A stretch of 64,000 nt of DNA, taken from the NCBI GenBank assembly GCA_965204375.1, contig OZ241986.1, positions 160,001 to 224,000 on the forward strand, given 5' to 3'. The notes under the pieces were generated by a model, which did not search any database, was not told the DNA's origin, and was given only the letters and a program-made list of their open reading frames with translations. Positions 22,123-31,115 of this stretch are shown here, piece by piece. The DNA is from Candidatus Latescibacterota bacterium. Lineage in GTDB: Bacteria; Latescibacterota; UBA2968. Positions within the stretch are counted from its first letter, which is position 1. Every line of letters starts with the position of its first letter. A program made the translations under genes and the position numbers.

Positions 22123-23111
22123 TATTTCTCTCCAAAGTGTTTTGAAAGTTTCTCTGCCAATTGTGCTACAACCTGGTTGGGCGAATCATATACCACCGAA
22201 CCGGCTTCTGCCAATTGGCGCAAGGGTTTGTCTAATTCATCCATGAACCCTTCGCGACGACCGATATAAATTGAATCAAGGAAGCGGCTATCATAATCGG
22301 TGATAACTTGCCGCAGGGCAGCAATGCTCAGTTTGCCTTGTCCGTCACGCTCAACCATCAGATTCATGAAGGGATGATTGCCGCCGTTGAGAACCGATAG
22401 GATAATCAGTTTCGGTGTCACGTCGGTCAGATGTGCAGTCAACTTCGCCCCCCCGCTCAACACCGGAAGTGCCTCAAGCGTTTGTTGGCTGCGACGCACA
22501 CGGATGTCTTGTGGCAGAATCCAGGGCGCGTTTTCGTCTGCCTGCTGTCCACCCGCCTCTTTGATAGTTGGAATGTGGCTATCGGTAATGTTCTGATACC
22601 CCGTCTTGTTGATGTTCCAGAATGCACCGACGGCATCAATGTCGAGGGAAAAAATGCCCTTAAGTACGCATGAATAAAACTGATGTTCGTAGGGAACTGG
22701 ATCGCCTTCGTGCCGAGCCATCACGCCAAAATCACCCGTGGGACTCTGCGGTTCAATCGAAATTAGTGGCGAATTTTTCAACGGTGAAAGTCGAGTCAAC
22801 GTTTCTTTTTTTACAGCTCGCATGTAGCCAAAAACGTCATCATCATCGTAGATGATAGGGTCAGCGGCCGTGAAGGCGATCTTTTTATCCCGTTCGATTG
22901 GCGAAATTTCCCAATTAAATTCATCTTCCAACGTCGTACGCCACCAATTTCGCCACGCCTGTCCCGAAACGTACGGGTACATCTGCTTACCTTTGCGTAG
23001 TGTTTTGACAACCACAATATTTTCTGTTGCTTGCGCTGCTTCGGTTCCTGCATTATTGAGTGCAGAGTGCGGCGCATCGATCAGTACCAAACCTATAACA
23101 TGTTTCGACAT
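22122..23111 (-). CDS. cas7: Type I-B Cas7 (Cst2/DevR family)
   Basis: SALNNAG, YPYVSGQAWRNWWR, DDDVFGYMRA, RLSPLKNSPLIS, GGAKLTAHLTDVTPK. Confidence 0.93.
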   Translation of the reverse strand: MSKHVIGLVLIDAPHSALNNAGTEAAQATENIVVVKTLRKGKQMYPYVSGQAWRNWWRTTLEDEFNWEISPIERDKKIAFTAADPIIYDDDDVFGYMRAVKKETLTRLSPLKNSPLISIEPQSPTGDFGVMARHEGDPVPYEHQFYSCVLKGIFSLDIDAVGAFWNINKTGYQNITDSHIPTIKEAGGQQADENAPWILPQDIRVRRSQQTLEALPVLSGGAKLTAHLTDVTPKLIILSVLNGGNHPFMNLMVERDGQGKLSIAALRQVITDYDSRFLDSIYIGRREGFMDELDKPLRQLAEAGSVVYDSPNQVVAQLAEKLSKHFGEK

Positions 23112-23113
23112 GA

Positions 23114-24499
23114 CTAATTTACCTCCTGTAATTCATCAGCAGATTGCTCAGTTTCATCATTTACATCACCAGCAAAATCACTTGTAACTAACCAATCGTG
23201 AAGCGTTTCATAAATTCGAAAAACAAGCAGGTCACGGGTTTCCCGCCAAAATGTCGTCTGATCCGATGATTCTGGAAACAGATGCTCAACGTAATCATCA
23301 AGCGAAAAAAGCGGTACTTTCTCGTCTTGTTGAATCCGGTCACGAATCACGAACCGCAGAATGTTTCGGCATTCGCTATAACTTCTGGCGGACTCAAGTT
23401 GTCGGAGCCGTCGGTCGCGTTCAGATTTACGAATGCTTTCGGCGATGAAGTCACCAACTTGCTTGATGGCGTTAAGCCTTGATTCATCCATGTTGCGAAC
23501 CTCCTTTAGGTAAAGGGAAAGCAATTCCCAGTTGCTACGTGCTTTCCGAGCGCGTCTATCGATGAAAAATCCGAGGATTGTTCGATTTTGCAAGAGAAAT
23601 TCATAGACGAGATTGGAAAGGTTTTTGTAATCATCCTCCGATTCAACTTTTTCCCATTTGACTCGCTGATAACCACTTCGGACAATTTGCCTCCATGCCC
23701 GTCGAAATTCGTTTTGATAAGCATAGCAGAGGAAGCGGAAAACAGGCGCAGGTAAATGGAAGATTTCAAGTTCTGGTCCCTGACCAAAGTTTGAGAAATA
23801 GTATATCTGCATTGTGATATTTTCCCCAAATCGCCTTTCCTCATAGCGAATCATTTCGCTGGTCATAAAAAAAAGTCCATTACGTGGATTGACATATCCA
23901 CGATTATAACAACCTTTAATCTCCTGACGAATTACTTGCTGTCGTACGTCTTCAATGCAGATGTGGGCCCAAGAACTCAGTGCTCTCCAAGAATTGGAAT
24001 GCAACATCAAAAACTTACCACTACTCGCAACGAACACAAGAGGAGAGAATTGAATTGCTAACGCACAAGCGGCACAGTAGCCAATTCCTTCTGCAAAGGT
24101 AGGAAAAAAATTACGCAATGTGCCAGAACCTGTGAGAGGGATATTTTCCCGTTTAAGCACAAAATTCGCATGACGCCTTCCGCAGCCGATGCAATCGCCA
24201 GTCGGTCCGAGTTCCTCTATGGTATCAATATATTTTTGACATAGCTCTTGGAGTAACTCGACGCGATTGCGTTTACTATACGATGGGTTGGTCAATACGC
24301 TGTTGGGGAAAATGGAGTGGAGATTTGCCCAACCTTCGTTCGTCTGTAGTATTGGCGCAATATCATTGACGATTCTCTCAAGGTCGCTAATTGTAATATC
24401 ATCCGGTTGAATCCCTCGTCCCATCCACTTACAAATCGCACTTACACCTGCATCAACGAACGGATTGCCCATTAGTTTTTCATAGATTGCCATCAGCAT
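23114..24499 (-). CDS. cas8b1: Type I-B large subunit Cas8b1/Cst1 (CXXC-CXXC)
   Basis: GNPFVDAGV, CIGCG, PLTGSGTLRNFFP, CAACALAIQFSP; position between cas6 and cas7. Confidence 0.85.
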   Translation of the reverse strand: MLMAIYEKLMGNPFVDAGVSAICKWMGRGIQPDDITISDLERIVNDIAPILQTNEGWANLHSIFPNSVLTNPSYSKRNRVELLQELCQKYIDTIEELGPTGDCIGCGRRHANFVLKRENIPLTGSGTLRNFFPTFAEGIGYCAACALAIQFSPLVFVASSGKFLMLHSNSWRALSSWAHICIEDVRQQVIRQEIKGCYNRGYVNPRNGLFFMTSEMIRYEERRFGENITMQIYYFSNFGQGPELEIFHLPAPVFRFLCYAYQNEFRRAWRQIVRSGYQRVKWEKVESEDDYKNLSNLVYEFLLQNRTILGFFIDRRARKARSNWELLSLYLKEVRNMDESRLNAIKQVGDFIAESIRKSERDRRLRQLESARSYSECRNILRFVIRDRIQQDEKVPLFSLDDYVEHLFPESSDQTTFWRETRDLLVFRIYETLHDWLVTSDFAGDVNDETEQSADELQEVN

Positions 24500-24526
24500 C
24501 CTTCCTTCCTTAAAATACTAACCAAA

Positions 24527-24555
24527 ATTATACTGATATACGGATGTTCAGTCAA
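24527..24555 (-). promoter_or_regulatory. Near-consensus sigma70 promoter between cas6 and cas8
   Basis: TTGACT-N17-TATAAT on the minus strand, followed by AGGAAGG and ATG 24499. Confidence 0.75.
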
Positions 24556-24570
24556 GCAGACTTTGTTTTT

Positions 24571-25323
24571 TTAAACTGCTACCATCCCAAATCCCGCGCT
24601 GTTCTTATCTCCAAAGCCGCATTCATAGCCGACGCGAATCAATTCCGGTGCGCCAATGACTTGGAATGGGCAAACAACGCCGCGAATTTTGACGCCTTTG
24701 AAATCAACCAGGCGCGTGACGCGGCCCTTTCTTTTGGTCATGTACGCCTGATCGAATGCCATCGCAAATGACCGCTCCTTCGGCGGGTGTCCATAGATCA
24801 CTTCGTACTTCCGAATCAGGTTTTGTCGAATCAATTCAGAGAATTGAGGGTCATCGGGCAGGCAGTAGTGCGTGACGAGTTTCCCGTCTCGTTCCCGTCT
24901 GGTTGACATCGTAATCGCCGACAAACAGCGGAAGGTCATCTGGCGGTCAAAATGTGGTGTGCGCGGTACTTCTACATCCTGTACGCGAAGTTGTTGGCGG
25001 TCAATTTGCAGGATGCCCGTCTGCATCAGAGAAGCGGCGAAGTTTTCCAAAAACGCTTGCTGTGGCGAAGACACATACCATGTCAACGGTGAACGGTAGC
25101 GAATCTGATTCCCACGGATATCTCGCCGGTTTGCCATCAGTTGAGAGAATGTAAAAAGTTTGAAATGCCGACTTTCAAGTTCATAGCCCTTTTCGTGGAG
25201 AAAGTGCGCGTATTCGGGATCGGATTGTTTGAGAAACTGATAAATAATACCTGTGAGAATGTGATTATAGTTGATGGGCAAGGTCACACCTTGACCGACG
25301 CCGCAGTTAATCTTGATTCTCAT
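24571..25323 (-). CDS. cas6: CRISPR-associated endoribonuclease Cas6
   Basis: MRIKI, LPINYNH, FLHEKGY, FKLFTFS, C-terminal GYECGFGDKNSAGFGMV glycine loop. Confidence 0.95.
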   Translation of the reverse strand: MRIKINCGVGQGVTLPINYNHILTGIIYQFLKQSDPEYAHFLHEKGYELESRHFKLFTFSQLMANRRDIRGNQIRYRSPLTWYVSSPQQAFLENFAASLMQTGILQIDRQQLRVQDVEVPRTPHFDRQMTFRCLSAITMSTRRERDGKLVTHYCLPDDPQFSELIRQNLIRKYEVIYGHPPKERSFAMAFDQAYMTKRKGRVTRLVDFKGVKIRGVVCPFQVIGAPELIRVGYECGFGDKNSAGFGMVAV

Positions 25324-25429
25324 GGCAGGACCTCTGAAGCGTGATGTTCTATAAAAAATAATAGCACGCGTAATATATGATTGTGTGCGTTCACAGACAT
25401 TGCAAATTTTCTTCTTATTTCTTATCGAT

Positions 25430-25672
25430 TTGAAACATTGCATTTATGCTTCTAATCCGTTATTTTGATAAGGCATAAAAACGCAAAATGCAAGGATTCA
25501 TTGTCACCGAATTGCTACGCACGAGCGAGTCGAGCGAGTCGTTTTTGGAGATCGCCATGTCTATATCCTATCCTCACATTCCATACGGCTGAGCAGATTT
25601 CAGGGCTATTCGCTTGGGGAACCGTCTCTACTTCGACAAAACCCGTTTTGTTTATGAGGTGGATCATGAACG
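25430..25672 (+). pseudogene. Remnant of the promoter and 5' end of an AAA-ATPase/PD-(D/E)XK gene
   Basis: ATG 25557 reads MSISYPHIPYG*ADFRAIRLGNRLYFDKTRFVYEVDHER versus MSVSYPRIPYGWADFKAIRLENRLYVDKTRFVRELEQER at 12603. TGG>TGA at 25590; upstream promoter also matches. Confidence 0.85.
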
Positions 25673-26268
25673 AAAAAAAGAAAACGTGCAAAGTCGTCTT
25701 TTTGGATATAGATGGCGTATTACAGCCCTCCTCCCAACAGAATCGTTTCAAACATAATTTAGATCAGTTGCGCGAGTATTTGGCTAAAAAGTTCGACGAT
25801 GTCTCCTATCTCGACATGGACAAGTACGATCTCGGTGCAATCTACTATGACTGGCGCGAAGAGGCAGTTGAACGGCTACGTCGATTATGCGAAGACTTTG
25901 ATGCCGACATCGTGATCAGTTCAGATTGGCGTTCAAGAAAGACCATCTCGCTGCTCAAGGCGTATTTTCGTATCCATGACCTTCATCAATTTGTGACCGA
26001 CATGACGAATGAGACCAGCAAAGCACCTCATTACCGAGCGGGGGAGGTCAAAGAGTACATAGACGCTCATCCGGAGGTCGAACGATTTGTCATATTTGAT
26101 GACAGCTATAAGAAAGAATTTGATCAGCTCTTCAGAGATCAATTTGTCTGTACTTACTCATACATCAAAGAAGTCGATGATCGGCGAGCGCGCCAAATTT
26201 TATCCGGTGTTCCAATAACCCAAGAGAACGAACCGGAGCGTACTGGTTACGAGTCTATAAAAGGATAG
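25666..26268 (+). CDS. HAD-superfamily protein (Swiss Army Knife RNA repair-like HAD domain)
   Basis: VFLDIDGVL, IVISSDWR, RAGEVKEYI, FVIFDD; GAGGTG precedes ATG 25666. Confidence 0.8.
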   Translation: MNEKKKTCKVVFLDIDGVLQPSSQQNRFKHNLDQLREYLAKKFDDVSYLDMDKYDLGAIYYDWREEAVERLRRLCEDFDADIVISSDWRSRKTISLLKAYFRIHDLHQFVTDMTNETSKAPHYRAGEVKEYIDAHPEVERFVIFDDSYKKEFDQLFRDQFVCTYSYIKEVDDRRARQILSGVPITQENEPERTGYESIKG

Positions 26269-26269
26269 C

Positions 26270-27034
26270 ATGCGTATTGTAACATGGAATGTAAATGGGT
26301 TGCGGGCGGCACTTCGCAAGGGATTTATGGATCATATTAAAATGCTAAATCCCGATGTGATTCTTTTGCAAGAGATTCGGGTCTTGCCCGAGCAACTACC
26401 CAATAGCCAGCGCAGTCCCGAAGGGTGGCATGTTATCTGGCATCCAGCCGAGCGCAAGGGCTATGCGGGTACAGCGGTATGGTCTCGCACGCCTTTAAGA
26501 GAGGAAGAGCGCGGTGTGGGAGAGGGCGATTCCGAAGGCCGAATTTTGCGGGTGAGCACTTTGGGGATTCAATTTGTCAGCGTGTATCTGCCTTCGGGAT
26601 CATCGGGCGATGAGCGCCAGGCGATCAAGGAGTGCTGGATGGATCGCTTTCGCCCCTGGGCCGATGGTCTGGTCAAAAAACGGGTTCCCATAGTTATGGG
26701 CGGTGATTTTAATATCGCGCATACCGAACGCGATATTTTTTATGCCAGAAGCAACGAAAAGAATTCGGGTTTTTTGCCACATGAACGCGCGTGGATGGGC
26801 GATCTCATCGCTTCTGGCTGGCGCGATTTTACACGGGAACAATACGGCGATATCCAGGGGCCATATTCGTGGTGGTCCAATCGGGGAAGAGCCAGAGAAT
26901 TGGACCGCGGCTGGCGCATCGACTATTTGTTGGGCAATGCGGCTGCTGCAAAGCGCGTTCAATTTGCCCGTGTTGACCGCGAAGGCGGTTTGACTATATC
27001 TGATCACGCGCCGGTTGTTGTGGATTTGAAATAG
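26270..27034 (+). CDS. xth: Exodeoxyribonuclease III
   Basis: TWNVNGLRA, LQE, KGYAGTA, SVYLPSG, GDFNIAH, YSWWS, GWRIDY, SDHAPV. Confidence 0.93.
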   Translation: MRIVTWNVNGLRAALRKGFMDHIKMLNPDVILLQEIRVLPEQLPNSQRSPEGWHVIWHPAERKGYAGTAVWSRTPLREEERGVGEGDSEGRILRVSTLGIQFVSVYLPSGSSGDERQAIKECWMDRFRPWADGLVKKRVPIVMGGDFNIAHTERDIFYARSNEKNSGFLPHERAWMGDLIASGWRDFTREQYGDIQGPYSWWSNRGRARELDRGWRIDYLLGNAAAAKRVQFARVDREGGLTISDHAPVVVDLK

Positions 27035-27056
27035 CTCATACACAGAGGAGATTTCC

Positions 27057-28487
27057 ATGCAGACTCTTGAAACACATCCTTTTTCGGCGTTATTCGGCGT
27101 TGATGAAAGCGTGGCCGAGCAGGCATTGTCAGAAGCGATGTCCCGAGGTGCCGAATTTGCCGATCTATATTTTCAGCATGTGCGTACCACTTCTCTCAGT
27201 TTGGAAGATGGTATTATTTCCAGTGCCAATACGGGCATTGATCAGGGGGTGGGGATTCGCGCGGTGATTGGAGATCAGGTTGGCTATGCTTTTTCCGAGA
27301 GTTTAGAAGCAGATGCGATTTATGAGGCTGCTCGGACAGCGGCTGCGATAGCAGAGGGCAGAAAAAATATGCTGCCGCAACACCTGCAGGGTAGAGAGGT
27401 TGACAATTACTACGCGATTGACCGCGATTGGGATGAGGTCAATATTACGGAACGTCTGCCACTGGTGCAAAGTGCAGAGACGATGACTCGCGCAATGGAT
27501 CCGTCCATAGAAAAGGTGTCTGTGGGGTGGATGGACAGGGATGAGCGCGTGCTCATTGTGACCAGCGATGGCGTTTTCAGTACGGATCGGCGGCCTATGG
27601 CGACGCTGTATTGTTCGGTGACTGCCAATAAGAATGGCGTGCGGCAGAGCAATGGGGCTTCGGTTTCCCGGCGCGAAGGCATTGGCTATTTTACCGAAGA
27701 GAATATCAAAGCGGTCTGTCAAAAGGCGGTTGATCGCACGATGATTCTCTTTGAGGCGCAGCGCCCACCTGCTGGCGAAATGCCGGTGGTGCTCGCAGCA
27801 GGTGCTTCGGGTATTTTGCTCCACGAGGCGATTGGGCACGGTCTGGAAGCGGATTTCAACCGTAAGGGGACTTCTATTTACGCGACGATGATGAACGAGA
27901 AAGTCGCTCCGGATTTTGTAACGATCGTCGATGACGGTTTGCAGGAAAATGATCGCGGGGCGCTCAATGTAGATGACGAGGGTCAGGCTACTGCGTGTAC
28001 GACGCTTATTGAAAACGGCGTCTTAAAAAGCTATTTGCACGATCGCATTTCGGCAAAACACTACGGGGTTGCACCCACGGGGTCGGGGCGCCGAGAGAGT
28101 TTTCGGCATGTTCCTATGCCGCGTATGCGATCTACGTATATGCTCGACGGCCCCCACTCCCGCGAGGAGATTATTGGTGCTGTCGATTACGGCATTATTG
28201 CCGATACGTTTACCAATGGACAGGTGCAAATAGGCGCGGGAGATTTTACTTTTTATATAAAGAATGGATGGCTTATCGAAGGCGGCAAGATTACCGCGCC
28301 GATCAAGGATGTCAATATTATTGGCAATGGTCCCGAGGCTTTGAAAAATGTGGTTATGGCAGCAGACGATGCCGTGTTGGACGATGGTAGCTGGACGTGT
28401 GGAAAAAATGGACAGGGTGTGCCCGTTTCGATGGGGGTCCCGACGATGCTGGTGGAAAAGAGTATGACTGTGGGAGGGGTGAACTGA
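27057..28487 (+). CDS. tldD: TldD family metalloprotease
   Basis: FADLYFQ, GVGIRA, GILLHEAIGHGLEADF (HExxxH), PMPRMRSTY, GTCGK-like WTCGKNGQGVPV. Confidence 0.92.
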   Translation: MQTLETHPFSALFGVDESVAEQALSEAMSRGAEFADLYFQHVRTTSLSLEDGIISSANTGIDQGVGIRAVIGDQVGYAFSESLEADAIYEAARTAAAIAEGRKNMLPQHLQGREVDNYYAIDRDWDEVNITERLPLVQSAETMTRAMDPSIEKVSVGWMDRDERVLIVTSDGVFSTDRRPMATLYCSVTANKNGVRQSNGASVSRREGIGYFTEENIKAVCQKAVDRTMILFEAQRPPAGEMPVVLAAGASGILLHEAIGHGLEADFNRKGTSIYATMMNEKVAPDFVTIVDDGLQENDRGALNVDDEGQATACTTLIENGVLKSYLHDRISAKHYGVAPTGSGRRESFRHVPMPRMRSTYMLDGPHSREEIIGAVDYGIIADTFTNGQVQIGAGDFTFYIKNGWLIEGGKITAPIKDVNIIGNGPEALKNVVMAADDAVLDDGSWTCGKNGQGVPVSMGVPTMLVEKSMTVGGVN

Positions 28488-29804
28488 ATGGAACGAGAAC
28501 TTCTCCAACAAGCCGAGCAGGCGGTTGAGCAGGCACAAAGAGCAGGGGCCAATGATGCGATAGCGCGGGTGCGGGATGAAAATAGCACGGAGTACACTTA
28601 TCGCGATGGAAATATTGAGCAGGTTCAACAAAGTGCTACCCGCGGCTTGAGCATTCAATTGTATGTCAATGGGCGGTATTCAACACACCAGACCTCGGAT
28701 TTGCGCGCGGCGTCAGTTGCCCGGTTTATCGAAGATGCGGTTGCGCTGACGCAGCATCTGGCAGAAGATCCACATCGCGTTATTCCCGATGCCGCGTTGT
28801 ATGAAGATCGGCCGGATACCGATCTTCAATCCGACGATGTTGTGGTGCGCGATTTGCCCCGCGAAGCGTGTATTGATTGGCTAAAAAAAATGGATGCTAT
28901 CACCCATACAGATGACCGTGTGGTGAGTGCTACCGCTGATGCCTACTATGGCTGGAACACGTCGGCTCGGGTGAGTTCAAATGGATTTTCGGGGATACAG
29001 AGCGGGACTTCGATAGGCTATGGCGCGAGTGTGACGCTAAAAGAGGGCGAGCATGGGCGTCCCGAAGATCATCGCTATGTGCGGGCGCATCATTTGTCGG
29101 ATTTGCCAGATCCGGAGACGGTTGCGCGCGAGGGCCTCGTTCGCGCGATTTCCCGATTGGGCAGTGAAAAAGCACCGAGCGGACGGGCGACTATGGTGGT
29201 AGATCCCGAAGCGGGTGGGCGGTTGATTGGGGCGATATGGGGTGCGTTGCAGGCGCGTAGCGTTCAGCAGAACCGGTCTTTTTTAAGAAATAAAAAGGAC
29301 GCGCAAATTGCCAGTTCGCTCCTGACGGTGACAGATGATCCCCTGATGGTGCGCGGTCTCGCGTCTCGGCATTACGATGGCGAGGGGATTTCGGCAAAGC
29401 GCAGGTGCGTCATCGATCAGGGCGTCTTGCAAATGTATTATGTCGATACGTATTACGGGCGCAAACTCGGCTGGGAGCCTACGACCGGAGCGTCGTCTAA
29501 TCTCGTTTTTGCACCGGGCGATAAAGATCTCAATGGCCTGATTGCAGAGGTCGAGGATGGCTTTCACGTCACGTCCTGGCTCGGTGGCAATGCCGATACG
29601 ACGACTGGGGATTTTTCTTATGGTTTTCGCGGCTTTCGCATTGCCAATGGGCAGAAAACAGGTGCGGTATCGGAAATGAATATCGCCGGCAATTTTCTCG
29701 ATTTGTTGGAAAACCTCGTCGCCGTGGGCAATGATCCCAATATCTATTCCAGCATGCAAACGCCTACTCTAATTTTTGACAATGTGGCGTTTAGCGGGAA
29801 GTAG
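28488..29804 (+). CDS. pmbA: PmbA/TldE family protein
   Basis: Immediately follows tldD; DDPLMVRGLASRHYDGEG, TTGDFSYG, VSEMNIAGN; lacks HExxxH. Confidence 0.88.
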   Translation: MERELLQQAEQAVEQAQRAGANDAIARVRDENSTEYTYRDGNIEQVQQSATRGLSIQLYVNGRYSTHQTSDLRAASVARFIEDAVALTQHLAEDPHRVIPDAALYEDRPDTDLQSDDVVVRDLPREACIDWLKKMDAITHTDDRVVSATADAYYGWNTSARVSSNGFSGIQSGTSIGYGASVTLKEGEHGRPEDHRYVRAHHLSDLPDPETVAREGLVRAISRLGSEKAPSGRATMVVDPEAGGRLIGAIWGALQARSVQQNRSFLRNKKDAQIASSLLTVTDDPLMVRGLASRHYDGEGISAKRRCVIDQGVLQMYYVDTYYGRKLGWEPTTGASSNLVFAPGDKDLNGLIAEVEDGFHVTSWLGGNADTTTGDFSYGFRGFRIANGQKTGAVSEMNIAGNFLDLLENLVAVGNDPNIYSSMQTPTLIFDNVAFSGK

Positions 29805-29831
29805 AATGAGTGGCATTAGAGAGGTACAATA

Positions 29832-31115
29832 ATGTCTGCTGCGTCAAAAACGCCGCGCCATATTGCGCTGGATATTCTCTGTCGCGTTGAACGGGGCGCA
29901 TATCTCGACCGCTTGCTCGACGCGCAGCGCGAGCATATTCGCGATCCCGATGGCGATTTGCTCCAACATCTCGTGCGGGGTACGCTGACCTATCGGGCGC
30001 GTCTCGACCATATTTTGACGCCCTATCTCAAAAAACCCCTGTCCAGACAGCACGCCAAACTCCGCAATCTCCTGCGCCTCGGTGTTTATCAACTCCAGTA
30101 TCTCGACCGCGTGCCATCTTATGCGGTTGTTTCCGAATCCGTTATTCTCGCCCGTCACATTCTCGGGAATCCGATTGCCAAATTGGTCAATGCCGTGTTG
30201 CGCGGTGTGGCCGAAGACCGCAAGTCCGTTGTTTTTCCCGATTTTGATCGTGATCCCGTCGAATATCTCGCCATCGCGACATCACATCCCCAATGGCTCG
30301 TCGCGCGATGGATTGAGCGCTATGGTGTGGATGAGACACGTGCCCTGTGTGAATTTGATAATGCTCAACCTGCTCTGACCATTCGCCCCAATGCGTTGCG
30401 AACGACGTCTGATGCCTTGCGTGAGCAACTCGCTCTCGAAGGGATTGACACCGAGTTTGCAGCATCCGATTTTCTCGCCGTATCCCATGTGGGCCACCTT
30501 TTTCAGAGCAGGGCTTATTGCGCTGGTCTCTTTAGCGTTCAAGGCGCGGGGGCTGCGATGGTTGTTCCCTTGCTCGATCCTCAACCAGGCGAGGCTGTTC
30601 TCGATTTGTGTAGTGCGCCCGGTGGCAAAACCACTGCTATGGCTGAGCGTATGAATAATCGAGGTTTTATTCTCGCCACAGATCTCTATCCGCGCCGTCT
30701 CGAAATATTAAAACAAAACACGCACCGGCTCGGAGTTTCATGTGTTTATCCACTCGCGGCCGATGCGCGTTATTTGGCTGTCAATCGCTTATTTGATCGG
30801 GTTCTGGTCGATGCGCCCTGTTCTTCGCTGGGTATTCTGAATCACCATCCCGACCTGCGCTGGCGGAAATTCGATATTCGCGGTCTTTCGCGTTTGCAGC
30901 GTGCGCTTATCGAACGCGCTGCCGATTACGTGCGCCCGGGGGGTGTTCTCGTTTACAGCACTTGTACCCTTGAACCGGAGGAAAATGAGCGCGTTGTCGA
31001 AGGTTTTTTAAGCGATCATCCGGGCTTTCAAATCACCCATCCCTATCTGCAATTGCTGCCCCATCAAACTGGTAATGACGGTGTTTTTGCCGCGCGGTTG
31101 AAACGCTCCGTTTAA
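29832..31115 (+). CDS. rsmB: 16S rRNA m5C967 methyltransferase RsmB/Sun
   Basis: NusB-like N-terminus (LRLGVYQL, VNAVLR); LDLCSAPGGKT, VLVDAPCSSLG, VYSTCTLEPEENE. Confidence 0.92.
   Translation: MSAASKTPRHIALDILCRVERGAYLDRLLDAQREHIRDPDGDLLQHLVRGTLTYRARLDHILTPYLKKPLSRQHAKLRNLLRLGVYQLQYLDRVPSYAVVSESVILARHILGNPIAKLVNAVLRGVAEDRKSVVFPDFDRDPVEYLAIATSHPQWLVARWIERYGVDETRALCEFDNAQPALTIRPNALRTTSDALREQLALEGIDTEFAASDFLAVSHVGHLFQSRAYCAGLFSVQGAGAAMVVPLLDPQPGEAVLDLCSAPGGKTTAMAERMNNRGFILATDLYPRRLEILKQNTHRLGVSCVYPLAADARYLAVNRLFDRVLVDAPCSSLGILNHHPDLRWRKFDIRGLSRLQRALIERAADYVRPGGVLVYSTCTLEPEENERVVEGFLSDHPGFQITHPYLQLLPHQTGNDGVFAARLKRSV

Noticed and set aside
24500-24570. CreTA-like RNA toxin-antitoxin between cas6 and cas8
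   Set aside because: The gap is 71 bp, explained by a promoter and RBS, with no degenerate repeats.
25324-25665. N-terminal extensions of cas6 and the HAD ORF given in the ORF track
   Set aside because: Family motifs and RBS support the later starts (25323 and 25666). The same applies to the track starts at 1924, 12453, 40028, 44078 and 54817.
27057-29804. TldD/PmbA as part of a RiPP cluster
   Set aside because: No precursor peptide, YcaO or other maturase is nearby; the context is housekeeping.
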